DNA from: an uncultured Desulfobacterales bacterium
Lineage (GTDB): Bacteria; Desulfobacterota; Desulfobacteria; Desulfobacterales; JBDRRP01
Assembly (NCBI GenBank): GCA_964446485.1
Contig: CAYUOU010000003.1
Coordinates: 1,730 to 65,729, forward strand
Length of the DNA: 64,000 nucleotides
Direction of reading: 5' to 3'
In this document: positions 25,892-34,788 of the stretch, piece after piece
Layout of the letters: each line of letters begins with the position of its first letter
Numbering within the stretch: the first letter of the stretch is position 1
Notes under the pieces: generated by a model
Told to the model about the DNA's origin: nothing
Seen by the model: only the letters and a program-made list of their open reading frames with translations
Databases searched by the model: none
Position numbers and translations under genes: made by a program

Positions 25892-27670
25892 ATGGACTTG
25901 ACACCATATGCTGTAGACCTGCCGCCGGCAATTGTTTTCATCGCCGGAGGGTTGCTGATCCCACTCGTCAACGGACATCTGAAATCTTTTTGGATGCTGC
26001 TCATGCCGATCATTGGGCTGATCACCCTGATCAGCACCCCAGAGGGCAACCATTGGGCCGTCACATTTCTGGACTACGATTTGATTCTGGGGCGTGTTGA
26101 CCGCTTGAGCCTGGTGTTCGGCTATATTTTTTGCATCATATCGTTTATCGCCACAATCTTCGCCCTGAAGGTGAAAGACGACGTTCAGTATGTTGCTGGC
26201 TTCGCGTATGCCGGAGGCGCTCTCGGCGTGACTTTGGCCGGCGATCTGATCAGCCTGTATCTGTTCTGGGAGGTTATGGCGATCGCGTCCACCTTTCTCA
26301 TCCTGGCCAGAAAAACAAAAGCCTCTCAAACCGCAGCGTTCCGATATGTCATGGTCCATATTTTCGGCGGGCTCTGCCTCCTGGCCGGAATCGTGCTGAC
26401 CATTTCCGAAACCGGGTCTACAGCCTTCGTGCACATGACCCTGGGCAGCACGGCCAGCTGGCTGATGTTTATCGGGATCGCCGTCAACGCGGCCATTCCG
26501 CCCTTGCACGCTTGGCTACAGGATGCCTATCCAGAGGCGACGGTGACCGGAGCGGTATTTCTCAGTGCATTCACGACTAAGAGTGCGGTGTATGTGATGG
26601 CTAGGGGGTTCGCCGGCACGGAACTGCTCATTTGGCTGGGCGCGATAATGACATCCTTTCCGATATTTTACGCCGTGCTGGAAAACGACATCCGGCGAGT
26701 GCTGGCCTACAGCCTCATCAATCAGGTCGGATTCATGATGTGCGGCATCGGCATCGGAACGCCGCTGGCCATCAACGGGACTGTCGCCCATGCGTTTTGC
26801 CACATCCTCTACAAGGCACTATTGTTCATGTCGGCAGGCGCAGTGCTCTACAGGACCGGAAAGATCCGGTGCACAGATCTCGGGGGGCTCTACAAAACCA
26901 TGCCGTGGACGTGCTTGTTCTGCATTATCGGGGCGGCTTCCATTTCGGCTTTTCCTCTGTTCAGCGGTTTTGTGAGCAAATCGATGATCATCAGCGCGGC
27001 CGGCCATGGCAAGATTACAGTGGTCTGGTTGTTGCTTCAGTTTGCCTCGGCCGGCGTGTTTCACCACGCCGGGATCAAAGTCCCCTTTTTCATGTTCTTC
27101 GGTCACGATTCCGGTATTCGTGCCAAGGAGCCGCCGCTGAACATGATAATTGCGATGGGGCTGGCAGCGTTTTTATGCGTCTTTATAGGTGTGTACCCCC
27201 AGCCGCTTTATGATATACTGCCCTATCCGGTAGACTACATGCCTTACACAGGCGCCCATGTCGTCGGTCAGTTGCAATTGCTCATGTTCGGCGCCTTGGC
27301 CTTTTGTCTGTTGATTCTATCGGGATACTATCCAGCCGAGATGCGGGCGATCAACCTTGACACGGACTGGTTTTATCGAAAAGGCAGCCGGTTGTTCTAT
27401 CGGATCGTCGACCGCGGATTAAACGGTATCAACCGCATTGTGGACCGGATTTTCGCCCAGGGCCTGCCGCAGGCGGTATTTCGGATGGCCAACAACGCCG
27501 TCCACCGCCTTTCGTTGGCCGGCTTATATCCGCTCCGCAGTGTCTTACCCAATAAGGGCAAGGACCTTGATGAACGCGTGTCCATGGCGCTGTCGACGGG
27601 GACCGGCCCTCTGGGCGCTAGTGTTGCCGCGGCGGCGGTTTTTCTGATCATTGTCTTTTTAATCAGTTGA
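25892..27670 (+). CDS. Antiporter-like subunit (NuoL/MrpA/MrpD family), copy 3, with C-terminal extension
   Basis: Carries LYLFWEVMAIASTFLI and AIPPLHAWLQDAY. An extra ~110-aa amphipathic tail plus a final TM segment (AAAAVFLIIVFLIS) follows. Confidence 0.8.
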   Translation: MDLTPYAVDLPPAIVFIAGGLLIPLVNGHLKSFWMLLMPIIGLITLISTPEGNHWAVTFLDYDLILGRVDRLSLVFGYIFCIISFIATIFALKVKDDVQYVAGFAYAGGALGVTLAGDLISLYLFWEVMAIASTFLILARKTKASQTAAFRYVMVHIFGGLCLLAGIVLTISETGSTAFVHMTLGSTASWLMFIGIAVNAAIPPLHAWLQDAYPEATVTGAVFLSAFTTKSAVYVMARGFAGTELLIWLGAIMTSFPIFYAVLENDIRRVLAYSLINQVGFMMCGIGIGTPLAINGTVAHAFCHILYKALLFMSAGAVLYRTGKIRCTDLGGLYKTMPWTCLFCIIGAASISAFPLFSGFVSKSMIISAAGHGKITVVWLLLQFASAGVFHHAGIKVPFFMFFGHDSGIRAKEPPLNMIIAMGLAAFLCVFIGVYPQPLYDILPYPVDYMPYTGAHVVGQLQLLMFGALAFCLLILSGYYPAEMRAINLDTDWFYRKGSRLFYRIVDRGLNGINRIVDRIFAQGLPQAVFRMANNAVHRLSLAGLYPLRSVLPNKGKDLDERVSMALSTGTGPLGASVAAAAVFLIIVFLIS

Positions 27671-27820
27671 CGGCGTGACCCCACGCGCCCAGGGAACGGC
27701 CCCCCGATGGCGACGCCCACGGAAACGATATCCTGTGGTCTACTGCAGCGGATCGAAGCTGTGATGATATTCTGACGCCATTGTCACCAGAACGGCACCG
27801 GAAAAAAAGGAGAGTGTGTG

Positions 27821-28315
27821 ATGATAACAAAAGAAGAACTCCGCAAGATGGTGATTTTGAACATCCTCTCGGACGGCATGATTATGAAGATCATGCCCCT
27901 CGTGGAACGCAAACGATTCAACGACGGCGAGAAGGTCTTTCGCGGCACTGATATGGCGGAGCACTTTTATTTGCTCAACAGCGGGAAAATACTACTGGAG
28001 CAGCGTCTCAGCGACAAGATGACGGTGTCCATCGATTCCATCAAGCCGGGTTATTCCTTCGGTTGGTCGTCGCTTCTGAGCAGCGATCTGGAGCCCTACA
28101 GCCAGTACACCTCTGACGCCATCTGTGTCGAGCCTTCCGAGGTTTTTGCGATCAGCGGGGAAGATCTTCAGCGGATGATGGAAGAGGACTACCACATGGG
28201 GTTTTTGTTGACCCGACGGTTGAACCGGGTCATCAAGCAGCGGTTGGTCCACCGCACCGAACAGTTCATCCGGTTGATCAAAAAGCATCCGGACATCCAC
28301 AACCTGATTACCTGA
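27821..28315 (+). CDS. Stand-alone cyclic-nucleotide-binding domain protein (no HTH)
   Basis: FNDGEKVFRGTDMAEHFYLLNSGKILLEQRL...IKPGYSFGWSSLL is a cNMP-binding beta-roll. An AAAGGAGAG SD precedes the start. Confidence 0.75.
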   Translation: MITKEELRKMVILNILSDGMIMKIMPLVERKRFNDGEKVFRGTDMAEHFYLLNSGKILLEQRLSDKMTVSIDSIKPGYSFGWSSLLSSDLEPYSQYTSDAICVEPSEVFAISGEDLQRMMEEDYHMGFLLTRRLNRVIKQRLVHRTEQFIRLIKKHPDIHNLIT

Positions 28316-28367
28316 TGGAAGACAGCTGGGACGCGCCGCCGCACGCTTTTTCCCGCTTCCCGGGGGC

Positions 28368-29237
28368 TCAGAACGCGGGGACCATGAGCATTGGGATGTT
28401 CAATTGCTCGCTCAAGGCGGTGGCCACATTCTTCACCCGCCGCCCCAGCCACTTGCTTTCCCCTCCGGCACCCACCACCATAAGGCTGCACCGCAGTTCT
28501 TTCGCCGCTTTTTCGATCTCTTCGGCAGGATCGCCGATGTAGACGTGCGGATCGGTACTGATGCCCGCTGCTTCAAACTGATCACAGATCTCATCGATCT
28601 GCTGCCGCGCCTCCTTGCGCGTTCGCTGAATGCTCATGGCCGAACTTTCGGTGAGGTCCTTTTCGCTGGCAACGTGGATGACATGAAGGGTGGTGATCAA
28701 CTCCTTTTGGGCCTTCAGCAAGGCAATGGCGGGGGCGGCCGAACGCTGGGAATGCACGGCCAGAACCGGCCGAGTAAACGGGTTCTCCATCTCGATGCCG
28801 TCCTGCCGGTAGTTGTAAACCATCAGCGGTTTGCGGGTTCGCCGTATGATCGCCCCCAACTCGGAGCCTGAAAAAAACTGTCGGATGGCGCCGGTTTTCC
28901 GCCTGCCGATCACGACCAGATCGGCCTCTTCGTTTTTCATGGATTTGACCACCTGTTGCACCAGGTCGCCGACAACGATGTAAACGCCGACTTCCATCCC
29001 CTGCTCGAACAGGCTTTCCGCCCAGTCGATGAAACGGATATTGGCCACTTCCTTCAGCTTGGTGGCTTCCGCTTTATCGTAGCCCGTCCCTCGCCGCATG
29101 GCGACTTTCTCCCGCTCAATCACGTTGAGAAACACGACGTGATCCAAACCGGTTTGACGCATGACCAGCAGCGATTCCAGCGCATCGAAGGACAGATCCG
29201 TGAAGGTGGTGACGAAGAGAAGTTTCTGGATGTGCAT
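28368..29237 (-). CDS. Tandem universal stress protein (2 x USP domain)
   Basis: Two repeats ending in ADLVVIGRRKTG... and CSLMVVGAGGES...PMLMVP. Confidence 0.8.
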   Translation of the reverse strand: MHIQKLLFVTTFTDLSFDALESLLVMRQTGLDHVVFLNVIEREKVAMRRGTGYDKAEATKLKEVANIRFIDWAESLFEQGMEVGVYIVVGDLVQQVVKSMKNEEADLVVIGRRKTGAIRQFFSGSELGAIIRRTRKPLMVYNYRQDGIEMENPFTRPVLAVHSQRSAAPAIALLKAQKELITTLHVIHVASEKDLTESSAMSIQRTRKEARQQIDEICDQFEAAGISTDPHVYIGDPAEEIEKAAKELRCSLMVVGAGGESKWLGRRVKNVATALSEQLNIPMLMVPAF

Positions 29238-29258
29238 GATGCAGGCTCCTTTCCGCGC

Positions 29259-29651
29259 CTATCCAAGCATCTTATGGATCCATTCAGACAAGGTTTCAGC
29301 GCTGACCGGCTTTTCGAGATAGGCCGTCGGCTCGGGAACCGTTTCGCCCCCAAACTGGGCCAGTGTCTGCTGCGATCTGAGAAACGAGCGCTTGGCGATG
29401 CCGGTGAGAACGATGACGGGGATATTCTCAAGCGCAGGATCTGTCTTTACGGCGCGGTACATCTTCACACCGCTCGCCCGTGGCATCAATACGTCCATGA
29501 TAATGAGGTCCGGTGGCGACTGTTTCACCATGGAGAGGCCGGCTTCGCCGTTTTCAGCCTCTATCGCCGTGTGTCCGGCTTCCTCCACCACGGTGACATT
29601 GAACAGACGAACCCCAGGATCATCATCCACCACGAGAATTTTTTTTCCCAT
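29259..29651 (-). CDS. Single-domain response regulator (CheY-like receiver, no output domain)
   Basis: Carries KKILVVDDDPGVR and the phospho-acceptor region DLIIMDVLMPRASG. AGGAGG lies 7 nt upstream of ATG 29651. Confidence 0.85.
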   Translation of the reverse strand: MGKKILVVDDDPGVRLFNVTVVEEAGHTAIEAENGEAGLSMVKQSPPDLIIMDVLMPRASGVKMYRAVKTDPALENIPVIVLTGIAKRSFLRSQQTLAQFGGETVPEPTAYLEKPVSAETLSEWIHKMLG

Positions 29652-29810
29652 CGTCAAACCTCCTGACATTGATGCATCCCCGATGGCTGCCCCGGGCGGA
29701 CGGGGATGTGCTGCTGCATATCAGAGCCGCGCGGTATCGTAAAATAATGCGCTTTTTACCGGCTGAACACCCCGCCGGTCGTCATTTGGGTCTTTTCCCG
29801 ACATGTCACC

Positions 29811-31334
29811 TCATTCGTCGTCAACCGTCCCCATATCCGGGAGCACCATGGTGAAAGTCGTGCCGACGCCCAATTGCGAGGCGACGAAAATCTCTCCCCT
29901 GTGCTCGTTCACTATCTTGTGCGTCACCATGAGGCCCAGACCCGTGCCCCGGGATCCTTTAGTACTGAAAAAATTGGTGAAGAGTTTCTCCTGGGTCCGT
30001 TCATCCATGCCGATGCCCGTGTCGGCGACCGAAAAGCGGACACCCGCGTTTTCGGCCTTCCGGGTGGTGACAGTGACGGCGTGCTGTTTGGTCTCGTCGG
30101 CGTCTTCGGTGCAGGCGTCCACGGCGTTGGAGACCAGATTGAGCAGGGCATCATAGATGGTCCGCGGATCCATCTGCGCCCGGCTCACCGCCGGGTCGAA
30201 ATCTCGAATCAGGTCGATGTCGCATTTTGCGGCAATGGCCGCCATGAGGTCGCAGACCTCGACGGCAATGTCGTTGGGGGAGCAGTCCTTGTACTCGGGC
30301 TTTCGCTCCTTGGCGTAGGTCAACAGGTCCGCCACCAACTGGGATGTGTGTCCGATGGTGGACTGAACCTGCGTCCACCCCTGGCGCAGTTTGCCCAGAT
30401 CGTTGTTTTTGAGACCGACGTCGACGACGTAGCTGCCGCCTTCGAGACCATGAAGGATGTTTTTGATGCTGTGCGCCAGCCCGGCGACGGTCTGCCCCAC
30501 GGCCACCAGCCTTTCGGACTGGACCAGCTCCGCCTCGAGGCGCTTGATCTCCCGAAGATCCTGAAAAAAACCGACGCAGCCGAGCGGTTCCCTGCCCTCG
30601 TAGAGAACGGTTCCGGAGAAAGCTACCGGGATCGTCTCCCCCCTGATTGACGTCACTTCGGTCTCGCGTCGTGGCAAGTCGCGAACGCCGTCCTTGTTTG
30701 CCAGTGTGTTGCGGAAAATGGCCGCGAGGTCTTCCGGCAGCAGTTCGTCCATCGTGACCTGGTCGATGGCCGTGGCCGGGGCGTAGCCGAAGATCTTTTC
30801 GGCGCCCGGGTTGTAAATCATCACGGACATGAATTTGTCGGCGGCGACAATGCCGTCGGTGGAGCTGCGGATGAGCTTGAACTGAAAGTCGGCCCGGCGT
30901 CGGATTTCGCGGGTCGCTGCAGCCACCTTTTCTTCCAGGGTGGTGGTGTAGGCGTTCAGCTGCTGGCGGATGTCCAGCCGTTCGCCGGCGCGTTTCAGCG
31001 CCACGGCCAGAGCCTGGTCCTTCACCGGTTTGTTGATGAAGTCCGACGCTCCCAGCTGCAGCGCTTCGATGGCCAGGTCGATATCGCCATGACCGGTGAT
31101 GATAATGACTTCGGTTTCCGGAGACATGTCCTTGATGCGTCGCAGGACCTCAATCCCGTCGATGCCCGGCATTCGGATGTCCGTCAACACGATATCGGGC
31201 CGTGTCTCCTCGAAGGCCGCCACCCCGTTTTCGCCGTTGTCGGCGGTGTCTACCTCGTATCCGTCACTCCTAAGAGACAGGGACAGCAGTCTCAGGATGT
31301 CGGGTTCGTCATCAATGAGCAGTAGGCGGTTCAT
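29811..31334 (-). CDS. Hybrid receiver-PAS-histidine kinase
   Basis: N-terminal REC ([23 protein letters not shown]), a PAS region, the H-box GLAHSIKNILHGL, and the ATPase boxes LLNLVSNAVDA, DTGIGM and GTGLGL. Confidence 0.85.
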   Translation of the reverse strand: MNRLLLIDDEPDILRLLSLSLRSDGYEVDTADNGENGVAAFEETRPDIVLTDIRMPGIDGIEVLRRIKDMSPETEVIIITGHGDIDLAIEALQLGASDFINKPVKDQALAVALKRAGERLDIRQQLNAYTTTLEEKVAAATREIRRRADFQFKLIRSSTDGIVAADKFMSVMIYNPGAEKIFGYAPATAIDQVTMDELLPEDLAAIFRNTLANKDGVRDLPRRETEVTSIRGETIPVAFSGTVLYEGREPLGCVGFFQDLREIKRLEAELVQSERLVAVGQTVAGLAHSIKNILHGLEGGSYVVDVGLKNNDLGKLRQGWTQVQSTIGHTSQLVADLLTYAKERKPEYKDCSPNDIAVEVCDLMAAIAAKCDIDLIRDFDPAVSRAQMDPRTIYDALLNLVSNAVDACTEDADETKQHAVTVTTRKAENAGVRFSVADTGIGMDERTQEKLFTNFFSTKGSRGTGLGLMVTHKIVNEHRGEIFVASQLGVGTTFTMVLPDMGTVDDE

Positions 31335-33870
31335 GGTTGTCCCGATGTTCGGTGGCTGTGGGAAACTGCAGCTCGAATGTGGTTCCGGCGCCATCAACGC
31401 TGCTGATGCTGATGGTGCCGTCATAATCCTGGACGATGCCATAGCTGATACTCACACCCAAACCGGTACCTTTGCCCACGGCCTTGGTGGTGAAAAAGGG
31501 CTCGAAGATTTTGTCCTTGACGTCTTCCGGCATGCCCATACCATTGTCCGTGACGGTGACAATAACCTGGCCGTCGGCGGCGCGCGAGGTGATGGTCAGC
31601 CGTTTTTGGTATTTCGGTGCGGACTGCTGTTTCTCCTTTTCATCCATGGCGTCGATGGCGTTGGTGACCAGGTTGATGAAGACCTGCTCCAGGCGGTTGT
31701 GTTCAGCCATGATGACCGGCAGGTCAGGATCCAGATCCAACACCAATTCGATCTGATGCACTTTGAGTTGGTGGCCCAGTACCTTGAAGACGTCCTGGAT
31801 AGGGTCATTGATGTTGATTTTGTGACGCATGACATCGGATTGCCGGGAGAAGTCGCGCATATGCCGAATGATGTCCGTTGCCCGGCTCACGTTGCTGCTG
31901 ATGTCTTCCGCCAGACTCAAAATCGCCTCCGTGGGCAGGGCGTGTCCTTTCTTGGCGGATTTTTGCAGATAATCGACGCAGATTTGAATGACATTCAACG
32001 GCTGGTTGAGTTCGTGGGCCATGCCGGCGGCCATCTGCCCCAGCGTCGTCAACTTGCTGGCCTGAATAAGCTGTTTTTCCTTTTCGACGCTGCTGGAGAT
32101 GTCGGTGATGGAGGCAATGACGACATCATTCTCACCGTAATTGGCACGACTGATGTTTACATTGACGAAAAAGGGCTGCCCTGTTTTTCGGTAGTGCCTG
32201 CGTTTGGTGAACAGCAGCGACTGATCGGTGGACAATACTTTTAAGCCCTCGGCCAGTTCGTCATCGTCGCTGTCTCCCAAGGCCATGAAGGGTGTGCCCA
32301 CCAGATCCCCCCGGCGACAGCCGTAAAAGTCCTCGGCCCGCTGATTCATGTCGAAGATACAGTGATTGGTGATGTCCAGGATAAATATGGGGTGCGGGTC
32401 GTTGTTGAACAGGGAGCGGTACTTTTCTTCGCTTTTGATTACCTGGCCCTGGAGCATGGTATTTTCGATGGAGACACCGATCCGGTTGCCGATGAGCTCC
32501 AGGATGCTTTGTGTCTTGATCAGCCTTTGCTTGGGGTGCCGGCTGCCGATGCGGATGACGCCGAGGGATCGTTTGTCTTTGGTACTGATGGGAATGTAGG
32601 CAAGAGACTGCATCCGCTGCGGCTCCAATTCGCAGACTTCATCGATGCAGCCCTCGGGAAGATCTTCAAAAACAGCGAATTCGCCCGACGCGGCCACGCG
32701 ATGGATGATACTGTTTTCAGAAACGATGTCGATCCCGCGGCAGATGTCACCGGCGGGTCCTGCACTGTGCTCGCAGTAATATCGGCCGTTGGGGTCCTTA
32801 AGATAGATCCGGATGCTGTCGGCATCGAGGAACTGCTGGATCTCGGTGATGGCCTTGGTGACACGCTGGTGAATGTCGGCCTTGGCGTTGAGCACCGAGT
32901 AAATGGAACACATCGCCGCAAGCTCGTTGTTGCGGTGATCCTTTTCTTCCTTAGCGAGTTTGTCTTCCGTGGTATCCCACAGGGTTTCCACCGCCCCGAT
33001 GATGTTGCCGTCCTTGGATGTAATGGGGGCGGCGGTGAAATAACACCACCGCCCGCTGTCGCCGAGGCTGGGAAAAAAGACTTCCGCTTCGTAAGCGTTC
33101 TCGATGAGGGCCGAAGGTTGCCAGTGGTTTCCGTAGAGGCGCTGGATTTCCGCAGCGTCGGGTTGATCCAAAATGACATCCGCCATGGAGGGCCGGGGTT
33201 GAGGCCAGAACGGTGCCCATTGGCGGTTGGTGCCGATGACCTCCGAGGCCGGCACACCGGTGAGATTTTCCAGCGCCCGGTTCCAATGCGTGACCCGGTG
33301 GCTTCTGTTGAGGACAAAAATGGGAACGGTGAGCCCGTCAATGATCTGCGTGAGCAACTGATCCTGCTTGGCCAGGTTTCTCTCGACACCAACGGCGTAT
33401 TGGGCGCTTTCGTGGATGATGTGGGTACTGCGCGCGGCGTAGTCATTGAAAATCCTGGCCACCTGGTGGCCGGTTGCTTCCGAAACGCTGCGGAGCGCCG
33501 CCAGGGTGTCCTTCGTTTCGTTTTCGATGCGCAGGTTCTCCCAGGCGGTGACGGCTTCAAAATGGTCGATGACCTTGAGATGCGTGGGGCGGACGGACCG
33601 GATTTTTTCGGCGAGCATATCGTCCTTGGTCAATTCCATGATGACGCCGAGATTGGGAATATCGAAAAGGTCGCGATAATTATCGGTGGTGAAGATCCCA
33701 TTTTCTCTGGCAAATGCCAGGCCCGGGGCATCCGGCCGCAGGTCGGCGACGCCCAGCACTTCGTGACCCAGTGAGGCATAGCGTTCGTCGAGGATCGTTT
33801 CGAGCAGTTCCCGGCAAAATTCGCCGCCGCCCACGATGGCGATGTTAGCGTTATTCAGTAATTTCAGCAC
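31312..33870 (-). CDS. Multi-sensor histidine kinase (Rossmann-like N-domain, PAS, GAF, PAS, HisKA, HATPase)
   Basis: H-box [12 protein letters not shown] with [15 protein letters not shown] and GTGLGVS. The N-terminus [16 protein letters not shown] is dinucleotide-fold-like. Confidence 0.85.
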   Translation of the reverse strand: MLKLLNNANIAIVGGGEFCRELLETILDERYASLGHEVLGVADLRPDAPGLAFARENGIFTTDNYRDLFDIPNLGVIMELTKDDMLAEKIRSVRPTHLKVIDHFEAVTAWENLRIENETKDTLAALRSVSEATGHQVARIFNDYAARSTHIIHESAQYAVGVERNLAKQDQLLTQIIDGLTVPIFVLNRSHRVTHWNRALENLTGVPASEVIGTNRQWAPFWPQPRPSMADVILDQPDAAEIQRLYGNHWQPSALIENAYEAEVFFPSLGDSGRWCYFTAAPITSKDGNIIGAVETLWDTTEDKLAKEEKDHRNNELAAMCSIYSVLNAKADIHQRVTKAITEIQQFLDADSIRIYLKDPNGRYYCEHSAGPAGDICRGIDIVSENSIIHRVAASGEFAVFEDLPEGCIDEVCELEPQRMQSLAYIPISTKDKRSLGVIRIGSRHPKQRLIKTQSILELIGNRIGVSIENTMLQGQVIKSEEKYRSLFNNDPHPIFILDITNHCIFDMNQRAEDFYGCRRGDLVGTPFMALGDSDDDELAEGLKVLSTDQSLLFTKRRHYRKTGQPFFVNVNISRANYGENDVVIASITDISSSVEKEKQLIQASKLTTLGQMAAGMAHELNQPLNVIQICVDYLQKSAKKGHALPTEAILSLAEDISSNVSRATDIIRHMRDFSRQSDVMRHKININDPIQDVFKVLGHQLKVHQIELVLDLDPDLPVIMAEHNRLEQVFINLVTNAIDAMDEKEKQQSAPKYQKRLTITSRAADGQVIVTVTDNGMGMPEDVKDKIFEPFFTTKAVGKGTGLGVSISYGIVQDYDGTISISSVDGAGTTFELQFPTATEHRDNHEPPTAH

Positions 33871-33885
33871 GGCGTTGTTTCTTCC

Positions 33886-34773
33886 TCAGGGAATCAGAAG
33901 CACCGGCAGGGGGGCCATTTCCGCCACCTGATGAGATACCCCGCCCAGCCAGTATTCTTTGAGCCAATCCTTACCCGTTCGGCCCATGACGATGATGGAG
34001 GCCTCTGCGTCTTGGGCTGCCTGGATGATTTGATCGACGGTCTGTCCCTGTGTCAAAAGGGCATCGGCGGCAATGCCGGCGTCGCTGAGGCGGCCGACCG
34101 CGCTGTCGAGCCGTTTACGGCTTTCCGATTCCAGATCGGCCAACCCTTCGGCGGACATGCCATGGGTCAGGCGACGACCGATGGCGTGGAGCACCGTGAC
34201 GTGTTCAGCGAGCCCTTTGAGCCCAACGAGCGTTTCCAGCGCGTTTGACGACGGCGTGGACCAGTCCGTGGCCAGCAGAGGGCGCCGAAAAGGACGGTCG
34301 TTTAGGCGGGTTTCGGTTTTCCCGTCGTACGTCACTTCCACGGCAAATTTGCCGACCAGAATGGGCACCGGGCTTCGTCGGATCAAATCGAGGGTGTGGC
34401 TGCCCACGTAAATGCGTTCCAGTAGCGTTCGTTTTTTTCTGCCGCTGACGATCAGGTCCACGCCTTCCTCTTCGGCAATGGCCAGTACGTCGGCGTTGAC
34501 GATTCCCATGTCGATGCGCACCTGCGCCGTCAGTCCGGCGGCTTCGACGGCCTTCTGGTAGGGGGTCAATCGCGCGGCGATCTCTTTTCGGCGCCGCTCT
34601 TCCTCCTCCTTGAGGTAACCGCCGTAGGGGACGAATCCCACGTCGTCTCTGGAGATGATGCATGCCAGCACGATTTCCTCGAGACCCACCGCTTTAAGGG
34701 TGAGGATGGCGCGCAACGCGTCCAGCGACATTTCCCGGAATTGCGTATGGAACAGGATTTTTTGAAAGCCCAT
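33886..34773 (-). CDS. Tandem universal stress protein (2 x USP domain)
   Basis: Paralog of 28368-29237, with VDLIVSGRKKRT...PVPILV and ASIIVMGRTGKD...PLPVLLIP. Confidence 0.8.
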   Translation of the reverse strand: MGFQKILFHTQFREMSLDALRAILTLKAVGLEEIVLACIISRDDVGFVPYGGYLKEEEERRRKEIAARLTPYQKAVEAAGLTAQVRIDMGIVNADVLAIAEEEGVDLIVSGRKKRTLLERIYVGSHTLDLIRRSPVPILVGKFAVEVTYDGKTETRLNDRPFRRPLLATDWSTPSSNALETLVGLKGLAEHVTVLHAIGRRLTHGMSAEGLADLESESRKRLDSAVGRLSDAGIAADALLTQGQTVDQIIQAAQDAEASIIVMGRTGKDWLKEYWLGGVSHQVAEMAPLPVLLIP

Positions 34774-34788
34774 GAGAAATCCTTCCTT

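Noticed and set aside
32362-33774. 470-aa plus-strand ORF, plus the 346-aa alternative minus-frame ORF at 32520-33560
   Set aside because: They overlap the 852-aa histidine kinase, whose frame shows PAS/GAF/H-box/ATPase motifs. These ORFs have no motifs.
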